This document shows positions 1 through 11,309 of a stretch of DNA of 64,000 bases, one piece after another. The translations under genes and the position numbers were made by a program. Where the stretch lies: the NCBI RefSeq assembly GCF_040938485.1, contig NW_027270890.1, forward strand, positions 3,844,001-3,908,000, read 5' to 3'. The notes under the pieces are model-generated. The model had not been told where the DNA came from and made no database searches. It saw nothing but the letters and a program-made list of their open reading frames with translations. The DNA is from Diadema antillarum (taxonomy: Eukaryota). Numbering within the stretch: the first letter of the stretch is position 1; each line of letters starts with the position of its first letter.

Positions 1-10
1 CTCTCTGCCT

Positions 11-826
11 TTGTTCTCTGGAATAGCTCAGCCTGTGAACAGCATGCCAACAACTACAACGAAGAATCTCATCAAGGATGCGCTCAGGGATGAAGAGGTG
101 CTGACAGCGATCAAAGAGGCAGTAGCACAGGTGATGGAATCCAAATTCCAGCACCTCATTGAAAGCGTGGAAAAACAAGAGGGAATGATCTTTGATCTTG
201 AGCAAAAGGTCAAAGCTGTTCAAGAGGAAGCTCCCACACTGAAGTCCAACGCAGAAAAAGATCATCAGCTGATTAGGAGTCTCCAATCCCAGCTCAACCA
301 ACAGGAGCAGTACTCCCGCAAGAATTGCGTGAGGTTTTTTGGAGTGCAGGAAACCAGCGAGGAAAACACAGATGCAGTTGTATGTCGCATTGGCAAACAA
401 CAGATCGATGTGGACCTGAAATCTGAGGATATCGATCGCAGTCATCGCGATCGCGATGCCCAACCAACGCCAGGAAAAGCAAGACCAAGAGCTATCATAG
501 TGAAACTGACGTCCTACAAGCATCGCAAGCAGCTGTTGAGAAATCGGAGGAAGCTCAAGGGTTCGGGTATGAGCATTTGTGAAGACCTCACAGACCTCAG
601 CCGGAGGCTCCTTCAAGATGCCTTTCTTGCCAGCAAAAAAAAAAGAGACAGCAACATTCTCGCTGCATGGTCTTTTGATGGAAGAATCGGCCATATCGTG
701 TTTTCTGTCAGTGGTGACACCAAGGAGGTTCGAGAGGTGGAGTTACAACTGACTATGATTATTCAATCAGCTGTCAGTTTTCTATGGATGGACAAAAGAA
801 TTCCACAGGTGCATTTGTGCCTTTGA
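11..826 (+). mobile_element. LINE ORF1p-like protein (coiled coil + RRM-type Transposase_22/L1TD1-like region), orphan fragment of a non-LTR retrotransposon
   Basis: The 271-aa ORF has an N-terminal heptad coiled coil followed by EQYSRKNCVRFFGVQE, IDRSHR, PRAIIVKL, ICEDLT and AWSFDGRI, the motif order typical of CR1/L2-type ORF1 proteins. No ORF2 follows directly. Confidence 0.75.
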
Positions 827-1110
827 TGTTCGATGCTTGAAGCCGTTATCTTTCTGAGCAATCTGAAGATTCATTTTTAACGCTAACATATCGGGTATAT
901 GCTGCTCGTTTATATATGAAATGCAATGAAATTTCACCTAATGATAAAGTATATCAAACAAAAGTCAATTCCGTTCGAAAATATGTGCAAAAGTGTAAAT
1001 CTGAGCTGTATTTTGAGAAAGTGTTTGAAATTTTACCCTCATGGAAAGCTGGTTTTCACTTTTCTCCTTATTTCCGCAAAATGAAACTAATATGGTATCA
1101 TCTTTAAGTA

Positions 1111-2693
1111 TACAGTCAGTCCGCAGCGTGAGCGAAAACGCACGTATTTATTCAAGTCGTACGCACGGCTGAGCGGTGCTTGCATACGTAATGAGCAGAT
1201 ACATGGTCATGAATACATCCGTGTAGAACGAGTATTTCTTGTCAGTTTTCGACACTTTTAATATCGACTGAAAGAGAAAACATTAGCAAATATGCTCATG
1301 ATCAAAATCAAACGGAAAAGAAGAATATAGAATATCAAAATCTCTCTCGAATTCGGTATTGTATTCAAAAATATTCCTTCACGTTTGACGCCAAAAAACT
1401 AACCTGAAATCTTTCATGCCCCTCTAAAATATGGTGAAGACTATGTCCGCTAAAGTATATAGTATCACAATAAGGGCAAGTTTTCTCATCTTAATTTCAA
1501 TACGGGTCAGGAACTAGCAAAATTCAGAGACATGTCTAGCGTCGAGTTTAAAAAGATTATCCTCGCGTTCGCACCGGAATTCTGGGTCTGTGATTGGTCG
1601 AAATTTGTCGCAAGACGCGGCGTGTCGCATCGCGTAGTATCCATTGGCTGCTGACTCAATGCTGTGAGTTCAAAAACTATGTATCGGATAGAAGTGTCAT
1701 TGATATGAGTAATAGCTGCATAGTGTACAATTGAGTTGGAGGTAATTTGAAAATGAAGCCTATATTAGTTTCATGAAATCCATGATTTTTTTAAATGTTA
1801 GGTTCCAGATTGTGATCGAATTTTCACTCTCTATACAAAACTTGAACTTTACACAGAAACCAATGATGTGTATGTGAGTGTGCACTTACAATGACCCTGA
1901 ACAATGGACCTGGCTACCACCTGTCCCGAGCTCTGCTGCAAGGCACATGAATGCTTTATCAATTATTCATGTGGATTGCCCTGAGCACTGCTAGTCTGAA
2001 TTCTTGACACAGGGTGAAATGCATGCACATGAAAGAAGTAAGCACATGTTTCCATGTGCTTGCACACACCACATTTCAGAATGAACAAAGACTAGCTGCG
2101 ATAGTGGAATTCCTCATGAAGCATTCCAATCCTGGTCATTGTCCACGACCATTGTCTGGGTATCAACAACACACTCCACGCGTGTTCATTCACTTCCCCA
2201 CTTCCGGTAAGAAAACATAATTGGCCTTGTTTTCAACAGCAAAATTCACAACCTTAAAAATGGTGCCCCTCTTCGTTTTTTAATTGATCATACTCGCTCA
2301 AGTTTCACGATTGTGAAATCGAAGAAATTACGGAGATCTATTTTCAATACCAGACAGGAACTAGCAAAACATCAAACTATGATCTAAAGGCTTCTTGAAC
2401 ACTGGCAAAATAATCGTTTACTTTGATGCTAAAATGGACTACTATATTGAGATAAAAAATAGGGAAATTAGGTATCAAATTAATGAGCATAATCAGCTCT
2501 ATAACCTACCCAACCATCCTGGGTCAAACAATGCACTGCGAAAGCTATGAAAGCTGTTGTTGCGACCTCTGCAAAAACTCTCGCAAGGTATCGCGAAATT
2601 TCGTCAGTCTCAAGGGCACAAACTGCGCAAACGTCATTCTGAATAAAATTGTCGTTCGTGCCTCATTATCGCACGCGCTGCGGACTGACTGTA
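1111..2693. mobile_element. Non-autonomous Tc1/mariner(pogo)-like TIR element, about 1.6 kb
   Basis: A perfect 20-bp inverted repeat, TATACAGTCAGTCCGCAGCG (1109-1128) and its reverse complement (2676-2695), reads as TA target duplication plus TACAGTC termini. No transposase ORF inside. Confidence 0.65.
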
Positions 2694-3020
2694 TAGTTCT
2701 TTATAAATTAATATGTCAGAATAGCGTACAATCACGTACATTCGAGTAATTTTGATATCTATTTCAGCAATATTTGAGCAATTTCTATTCGTGCACCCCG
2801 TGCCTTTACCATTGTCTACCGCCCATCGTTTGTAAGTAGGGATAGCGAAAAGTAATTACCATCACAAAGACATATCTTCCTTGGAAAGTGGCTGGTGATT
2901 ATGCAATCAGACACGAGTCAATTGTCTTCGCATCTGAGCGGCAGATCCACTTTGACAAAGTGGATCTGCCCGGAATGGTGTGACACGGCCTTAAGGAACG
3001 CCACGCAGTGAACACGGACT

Positions 3021-4102
3021 GGTGACAAATTCCACGATTAGTTGATAATTGGACGCCAGCTGAGAGTTTCCTACTCTGATTCGTTTATGATGGATAGGAG
3101 CCATTCTGAAAGTGGCAGAGTGGTCTTGAAGAGAAGGGAAAAGTGGGGTTAATGTAATAAACAGGTTAATTACGATTTATTTAGTTCGGAAATGGCCTGC
3201 ATATGGTGAATAAATTCAACGACAGAGAGTTTGGTCGAGAGTTTCTGTTATAACTCGTCTAAAGGGCCTATAATAATATCGCAGAATCTGTCACCGCCTA
3301 TTGACCGATTCGGGTTCGTTGAGGGCAGCAGACATTTTAAGGCACAGGGCGCAGCCATAGTGGGTGTATCAGCCGACCCCCCCCCCCCTGCTCTCCCCCA
3401 CCCCCGGGCAACATGTTTATCACGCACTTGTAACAAAGGTTCGCGCACTAGCAAGCATTCGCGCACTCAGTACGAGACGCCTATTGGCTAAAGCAGTTTT
3501 TCATTCTGCGCGCGTGCTAATGTAGGGGAGAGGGGTGGGGGAGTGCGGAGGGGGGGTCGGCTGATACACCCACTATGGCTGCGCCCATGCCAAAAATACA
3601 CATAGCGCGTCACAGAATCGGTCAATAGGAACGCAACGCAGTGAGCAAGGGCTGGTGACAAATTCCACGATTAGCTATACTAATCGTGGAATTTGTCACC
3701 GCATATGGGATTTGGACGCCAGTTAACACGGGCTGGTGACAAATTCCACGATCAGTATATAGAGAGTTTCCTAGTGAGATTCGTATATTATGTTGGATAG
3801 GAGACATTCTGAAAGTGGCAGAGTGGTCTTGAAGAGAAGGGAAAAGTGGGGTTGATGGAATAAACAGGTTAATTACGCTTTATTTAGTAGGAAAGTAATG
3901 GTGACAAATTCCACGATCAGTATATCCAGTTTCCTTGAGCAGCATACACTAAATAAATCGTGGAGTGTGATGTGATTTGTCTATGTTGGATAGCATAACT
4001 ATCTGAAAGTACAGACTAGTACATGTACTTATGGGATTGACGGAATGAACAGATTAACAACGATTTATTTAGTATGAAAGTGGTGGTGACAAATTCCGTC
4101 AG
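3021..4102. repeat. Array of 165-185-bp units, each starting with GGTGACAAATTCCACGAT (probable left subterminal repeats of the Merlin element)
   Basis: The motif occurs at 3021, 3654, 3735, 3900 and 4085 (partial), and inverted at 3683-3700. Unit bodies 3021-3190 and 3735-3899 are nearly identical; 3900-4084 is a diverged copy. Confidence 0.8.
3341..3591. mobile_element. About 250-bp MITE with GC-rich TIRs, inserted into the repeat array
   Basis: Left GGCACAGGGCGCAGCCATAGTGGGTGTATCAGCCGACCCCCC matches the reverse complement of right GGGGGGTCGGCTGATACACCCACTATGGCTGCGCCCATGCC. Confidence 0.8.
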
Positions 4103-4341
4103 TATGTATAGAGGCACTTTGCCTTTAAAACAGATAAATAAGTATCATGTGGTGAAGTTCTCAACATGCTTGACGTTCTTCGCATCATTAGTTATTCATA
4201 AATAAAATTCAGAGATGCGCTGGAGTGCAATTCAAATGGTTTCTTTGACTCCCTTCGAAGAGCTAATATGAACGTCTTTTCATCTTTCAATACGTTGGGC
4301 ATTTGTTGGCAAGTGTCTGTCGAGTAACCACGTAAATTACA

Positions 4342-4685
4342 ATGACATCAAGAAACCGGGACATCTACATTTTGAGGACTGACATTCAAGATATTATTGG
4401 TAATGCGAGCCGATGGCCACGGAAAATTAGAAGGTACTTCTGGACGAAAAATATTACACATTGGCAGCGGTGTTTGGTGGCAGCCCTCGTCTTCATGAAT
4501 GGACTGAATCCTGAGGTATTTATGGAGTGGGCTGATCTGCTTGGAATCTGTAGAGATCGAGCAGCCACATGTCATTTCGAGTTTTATTCTGACTGTTTGA
4601 AAATGGAAGAGCATACAAATTATACGCATGGAACGTTACAACCAGACGCTACGAGTTTTTAAACGGTGACCTCAAATATTTTTAG
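4342..4685 (+). pseudogene. Small passenger ORF (about 114 aa) upstream of the Merlin transposase, with one frameshift and one stop
   Basis: ORF 4342-4662 reads ...RWPRKIRRYFWTKNITHWQRCLVAALVFMNGLNPEVFMEW.... After a 1-nt deletion near 4577 a second frame continues RVLF*LFENGRAYKLYAWNVTTRRYEFLNGDLKYF to TAG at 4683-4685 (TGA at 4590-4592). Confidence 0.55.
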
Positions 4686-4822
4686 GTCTTCTGGTCTTCT
4701 CAGGTAAGAAACGGTTCTTTTCTCTTTAATTTTCGTTTCATAATCATGAATGCCAATGATTAGAATTAGGGTGCGGTCTGCATATGACGCCACCACTGCG
4801 CCACGTAGCTGGAAAGTGACTG

Positions 4823-6356
4823 TTGCCATTCGTACTCGCGGATCCGTTTGGAGAACACGGGGTATTCATCATGTCTTGGAAGACCAAGGTTGAGAGCGTC
4901 TACACTCTGCATTTCGGCCATTTTCGGAATCCATTTTCTTTTCATTTTTTGTTATCACAAGAGGATGCTGTCTTGTACAAGTGGTTGGAGCAGAACGGCC
5001 TTATTGCGGCAAATTTCTTCTGCGAAAAATGTGGGAGGCCATGCAAAGTGGTAAGCGCCAAGAGCAGAAAGAGAAAGAAAATTTGGAGGTGTAGGGGGTC
5101 TGCCACGTGGAAGCACGAGACAAATTACAGCTCTCACAAATTTTCGATTTTTGAAGGAGTTCATTTCGACGTTCGGGAATTATTGGTGTTTGTTCGAGAA
5201 TGGCTTCTAGGGTCATCACTTCATCGATGCGTCATACAGTCCGGCATGGACTATAAAGAATCGGCAGTGGATTGGGTGAACTTCTGGAGGGATCACTGTA
5301 GGAAGTTTGTGCACGATCTGTACTATGAGAAGGATGAGAAGCTAAGGGGAGAAGTAGAAATAGATGAAAGTCTTTTCGGGAGGCGAACGAAGTACCATCG
5401 TGGAGACTTTCGCGGATTGAAGATGTGGATATTTGGGATGGTGGAGAGTTCTTCCAATTGTCTGATTCTATATCCTGTCGACAGGAGGGATGAAGCCACT
5501 CACGTACCTCTCATCGAGAGACATGTAGAAAAGAGGTCGACGATATACTCCGATGGATGACAAGCTTACAGCAGCCTAAACTGTCGCGGTTACCATCACT
5601 TCACAGTTGAGCACAAACATACTTTCGTTCAGCGGTACAGGAATACTTCTACCGGCGCAGAGAAAGTGGTCCACACAAATACAATTCGAAGGCTCGTGGA
5701 AAATCTCAAAGGACCACTTTCGCCGCATCAATGGGTGCAAAATAACCACATTTGAAAGCCATCTGTGTGAAGTTATCTGGCGGAACAGAGTTGTGGTCAA
5801 TCGCAACGATGTCATATCAGCGTTCTTCGATCTCGTTCGTGACCACTACTCTCTGCGAAGAAAGCCAAACTTGGAGACGAGGGTGCCGCTTTTTGACAGT
5901 TGGAATGTCACGAAAGGCGAGAAAGTGACGAGAGAAGAAGATGGCACTCCTGTCGAGACTTCTGTCCAGTCTGATGTGACGGTTAAATCTACCTCGCCTT
6001 CGCCGCCGTCAGTGAGTTCAGACGAAGCTGGCCCATCAACTTCCAGGCCTACAGCTCACGCACGAGATTTTACCCCTACGCTAGCATCCGACCCAGTAGC
6101 TAAAAGGGTCCACTTTCCACCTGCCTCAAGCTCTACCACCTGGACAGTGAAAGGAAAAAACGGAAAAAACAATAGCAAGGGTAACGGCAAGAAAATGCGC
6201 CCAACTACATCTAGCGCCAGTAGACTTCGACTTCCCGAGGATTACTTTGTCCTTCCCGCTAAAAAAGGAAGCAAAACGTCGGAGAAAAAGGAAAATCCTT
6301 ACTCAAAATCCAACTTCGTCTTAACCTGGTCTTCATCTGATAGCGATTTCCAATAG
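4823..6356 (+). pseudogene. Merlin / IS1595-family (ISXO2-like) DDE transposase, disrupted
   Basis: It has an N-terminal Zn-ribbon (CEKC...WRC...H), GEVEIDESLF (D 5363), WIFGMVE, TIYSDG (D 5552) followed by TGA at 5558-5560 where W is expected, then read-through QAYSSL...HFTVEH...VHTNTI. A +1 frameshift near 5685 leads to EGSW (E 5688)...FESHLCEVIWRNR and a long S/T/K-rich tail. Confidence 0.9.
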
Positions 6357-7761
6357 GGCCTAACTCATTAACTTGGATCACGGAAACAACAAACTACGTA
6401 GCAATTGTCAAATTTACAAGGATCCAACTCAGAGTCGTTTATCCGTTCGTCTATTACTCCTACTGTATTGATTATGTAAATATCCGGCCTTCAAAGGAAA
6501 AATCTTGATTGCTTTCCAGAAAATTTAGAAAAGGATCGACGCACATTTGAAGAGAGAATGCGGTATGCCGGTAAGTTTCAGCAAATTTTTCGTAGACATA
6601 CTGTAGATCTACATCTTAATATAAATAAGATGGCAAATCAGGGATACTGAATAAAACACAATTCTTAATTCTACTCACAAAGACAAACCGCAGATGGTTA
6701 CTACGTTGCATCTGTAGTGGCCGTTGCATCATGGGAAATAACACAAGTTTGCATTTGTTTGTAATTGTAGGTTATGATTGGATACAAGGCTGCATACCTG
6801 TTTATGTTTATTTTCTGCATAAAACTGAAATATTAGGCCAATATTAGGCCTACTAGCCAAAAAGCTCTGCCAAACCTCGGAAAAAGGAAAATTAATCATC
6901 TTTGAGCTTACCCGGTCCTGGTTGATATGGGCCCGATGTTTCACGTTCGCTTACATCAATTACAATATATCGGACTAGCCACACAACGGTAAATAGCGAA
7001 AAACCACAGCTTCGTTAATGTAAGCATCTCGGTAGTGCACTCCTCCACTATAATGCTACCCAGTTCAGCGTAGACGGATCACGTCACAATCCACGACTTC
7101 TTTAGTAGAAAAATTCGACAGAAACTTCTTTTTCCGCCACTGTACATTTACCACATTACAGTCTTCCTCGAACAATCGTTGAGTGTTGTTCTGATTGCCG
7201 AGTTGCAAATCAATCACGTGAAAACATGAGTACACGTGGACGCAAAATTTTTGAACAGGTGCAAGTGAAAAGCAGGGAGGTGGAATCGGGGGATTTATTT
7301 TCCCACCTCCCTGTAAAAAGCATCCCGACTAAAACAAGAGCTAACCAATGATGAGTTGTTAGCTATGCGCTTGCTAAGCTGTGCGAAAAGGAAGTCTAGT
7401 CAATCGACGGAGATGGAGTTACAGTACTTGGTGATGCTATCGTGTTTAATGGCAATCAGTCATAATATTGGCTATTTTTGGCACGTTATATACTTCATAT
7501 TTTTATATAATTTAATTTCCAATATTGCCTTGATATTCATTAACTATTTCAAACTTTTTATGATATATATAATTTTTTTGAAAAAAAAAAACCCCAACAA
7601 TATTATTATGAGATCGCGCGTGTGACGAAATAGCGAAAAGAACCAGGGAAACACACAGTCAAACGCGGTCGTGGGTCGCTGCGACCTCCAGCGATTAACT
7701 ACGATTGTGCGAGTCACTCTCTCGCAGAATACGCGAGATGTCAAAGGCGAAATTGTCCTGC

Positions 7762-7794
7762 CGTGGAAATTTGTCACTGGTGACAAATTTCACG
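7762..7794. repeat. Probable right terminus of the Merlin element: inverted terminal motif fused to a forward copy
   Basis: CGTGGAAATTTGTCAC-TG-GTGACAAATTTCACG is the 3021-type motif in back-to-back orientation. No 8-9-bp TSD was found. Confidence 0.55.
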
Positions 7795-8051
7795 ATAATG
7801 CCGAAGAATCCTGGTCTCTGTCAAAACAACTGGAGGAAGGACGATGCGAAAGCAGATCCACAACACGAATGATCTGGATAGATTGTAACTAAGTATACTG
7901 TACACAGGTAAATTCTTTTAATTTGTACATACATTCCGTCACCACACTAGATTTTTTAGTATATCGTTGCAATATATTTTTTGAATTCTCCAGGCATCAC
8001 CCGTGCAATAAATCTTGGGCTTTTTTACATTCTTAGTTCTTTTATCATTTT

Positions 8052-11000
8052 ATGCTATGCTCTGTTTGTCACGTAATGTCTTTTAACTCTGTACATGTAT
8101 GTGTTACTTGTGACCGGCAAATTGATTTTAACCTGAATGACAGTAATGGGCAGTGCTCAGCTTGTTATGGTAACTTAAGCCAGCACACTCGAAATAGATA
8201 CTTTGAACACAATTCTAATTACTATCTTCCAGTGCAATTTGATAATTCTTTGAAAAATTTAGATATGGACAACTATTTATCGATCTGTCATTTTAACTGC
8301 AGAAGTATAAAGAAGAATTTTAATAACATGGACACATTTTTACAAAATTCTAGGCACCAATTTTCACTCATTGCTGGAACAGAAACCTGACTAAGGACAC
8401 AAGAAAGTTCATTTTGCGTTTTAACCAGTTACACATTTGTAGATAATAGACGTGATAAACGTGGTGGAGGAGTTAGTTTTTATACATGTCAAGATTTGAA
8501 ATTTAAGAGGTCAGATTTTGAATTATTTGATGATAACATTGAAACGGTTTGTATTGAGATATATTGTCAGAGTGAAAACACTATAGTCACTGTTGTATAT
8601 TGGCCACCTGCTGCATCTATTTCCCAGTTTCTGCATACCATAGAATTACCTTTTCACAAGATTATGAGGGGGAAAAAAAGATGTTATGTGGTCGGAGATT
8701 TTAATGTAAATTTGTTGTCATCTGTGTCGACTGTTGACGCTTTCATGCTTTTTCTCCGGTAATTTCAAAAACCACAAGAATAAGAACACAGTCATCAACA
8801 CTTCTAGATGATATTTTTGTTAGTAATCTCGAGAGTATTGTCATAGCCGGGATATTTACATGTGATGTTAGTGATCGTTTACCAAGATTTACTACCGAGT
8901 ATTATAAGATGTAACTATAACAGCAACATTGAAGGGAATAGATCTAGACGTGTTTTTGATGACTCTTCTATAGTACAGAATTTCTGTAATATGCTTTATA
9001 CTTGTAACTAGGAGTACGTTGTCAATATGCATAATGTAGATGATCAATTTGAAGCCTTTCTTGCCAAATATCTCCTGTTCTATAATAAGTGTTTTCCATT
9101 ACAAACGTGCGTGCACAGAGTAAAAAGGAATGACAAACCATGGTTTGATAGCACTCTTAGAAAAATGTGTAAAAAGATGTATTTGTTTTATCGTTTACAG
9201 TATAGGAATTTAGTTAATAAGGAAATATGTAAAAGGAAGCGTGAATATTATTACAGGAAATTTAGTTGTTTGCATGGGAATTTAAAGAAAACATGGTCTC
9301 TTATTAATGATGTAATGAATAAAAAAGGCAGAATAATCATATTGAATCATTGCAAGTCAATGACCATTTTATCGACTCCGCAGAGTCTCTAGCAACACAT
9401 TTATATGAGTATTTTTGTGCAATAGGAAGAAATATTGTATCAGAGGGTGTCTAAATTCATCTGCTTCTGTTTATACTTACCTGCGCAATACTTATAGCCA
9501 ATCTATGTTTCTAAGCCTATCACTATATCTGAAATGCTAAATATTGTAAATGATTAGAAAGTAATTAAGAGTAAAGGTGATGACGACATTCACGTCAATG
9601 TATTCAAGAAATTAATATGTTTTTTAATGGAACCCCTTTGTGCAATATTAAATTCATCTCAGGAAAGTGGGATACTGTATTCCTACGACAACTTAAAGTA
9701 GCAAAAGTAATCCCAGTTTTTAAGAAGGGGGACAAACACGAGCTACAAAATTATAAGCCAATATCATTGTCAGTTTTTACTAAATTGTTTGAAAAATTAG
9801 TCTATGCTCGATTGATATCATTTATTGACAGCAATGATATTTTGTATCATCAGCGGTTTGGGTTTAGACATGGTTATTCTCCGTATGTGGCGCTACTTAA
9901 ATTGATCGAAAGAATATAAAATACATTTGAAAATTATGAATTTTTAGTCGGAATATTTTTAGATTTAACAAAAGCATTTGATTGTATAGATCATAGAATA
10001 CTTATGAAATTGGAATATTATGGAATAAGAGGAAATGTTTTGAATTAGTTTAAAGGTTATTTATCAAATTGCACACAATTGCAAATGATACAAAATCAGA
10101 ATTGTGCCGTGTGAATGCAGGCGTTCCACAAGGTTCTGTACCGAGTCATCTTCTCTTTTTATATTTGTTAATGATTTGCAGTTTGTAAGCCCTAATTTGT
10201 AATCTAAACTTTTATGTTATTTGCAGATGATACAAACCTATTTTTCTCAGGCCGGGAGGTGCACGAAGTTAACAATATGATTAATTCAGAAATGCAGAAA
10301 GTGTATTCTTGGTTTACTGCAAATCGTGTGGTATTAAATATTGATAAAACATGTTATACGGTATTTAAGACAAAGAATAAGGAAATAGAGGAAGATCTTT
10401 CACAAATATATATAGGTAACGTCAAAATCAAGCAGGTCAATAGAGTAAAATGCTTTGGTGCTACAATTGACGAGGGTTTAACATGGAAAGGTCATTTTGA
10501 TGATATTAACACCTTGTAGCAAAATAAGTACAATTGCTGGTGTCATGAATTATCTGAAACATATATTTCCTTTAAAGATTCTTTTCACCATGTGCCATAC
10601 AATCATTTCCCCACATTTAACGTATTGTGCAATAACATGGAGTCATAGTTCGTTATATTTATTGAATCGTGTTTTAATGTTACAAAAGCGTGCAATAAGA
10701 ATACTCTGTAATGTAAATCCGTTTGCACACACTGCAGTACTGTTTAAAAAATTGAAAATTTTGAAAATTGATCATATTGTGCTATTACAAGTGGCTACAT
10801 TTATGTTTCCATACTTTAAAGGTGTCTTACCTGTCACGTTCCGTAACTCGTTTATATCAAATAGTGCAATCCATGCCTACAACACTAGACGTGTCAATGA
10901 GGTATGTTTACCTTTTTACAGATATAAGTTCTCAAAGATTATAATTAGATACACTGGAGCAAAATGCTGGAATGAGTTACAAACTGTTATCAAAATGGAG

Positions 11001-11309
11001 TCCAACACTGTCATCTTTTAAACGTAAATACAAAATGTTTGTAATCCACAGTGCAATTGAGCAATTATTGTAATAATTTTGCCACTTTCCCCTTTTTTTA
11101 TTGTTGTGATGTTTCTTTGTTGTTTTTGTTCCTTAATGTATATTTGATGTAAATTGCGTCCTATTCATTGTTTGTAAAGGAGTCGGCCTCGATAGGCTTC
11201 ATACGGCCTTTACTGATCCCTCACGTGCTATGTTTGTATGTATTTTTCTCTTCTGAGATGAACGTGATGTTTTCTTTTTAGCATGTGAAATAAATTTGAA
11301 TTTGAATTT
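8052..11309 (+). mobile_element. Decayed CR1/L2-clade LINE ORF2 (APE endonuclease + reverse transcriptase) with 3' UTR and tail
   Basis: ORF fragments give ICHFNCRS, IAGTET, GGGVSFY, VVGDFN, DKPWFD, PVFKKGDK...[32 protein letters not shown] and LFADDT, with many stops and frameshifts. It ends in AATAAA followed by TTTGAA repeats at 11289-11309. Confidence 0.92.

Noticed and set aside
3021-4102. Repeat-spacer pattern as a CRISPR array
   Set aside because: The context is eukaryotic, the spacers are long (about 150 bp) and homologous to one another, and there are no cas genes.
11-11309. ORF1 (11-826) and ORF2 (8052 onward) as one LINE split by nested insertions
   Set aside because: Base composition is very different (ORF1 near-balanced GC, ORF2 strongly AT-rich), decay is very different (open versus riddled with stops), and there is no junction evidence.
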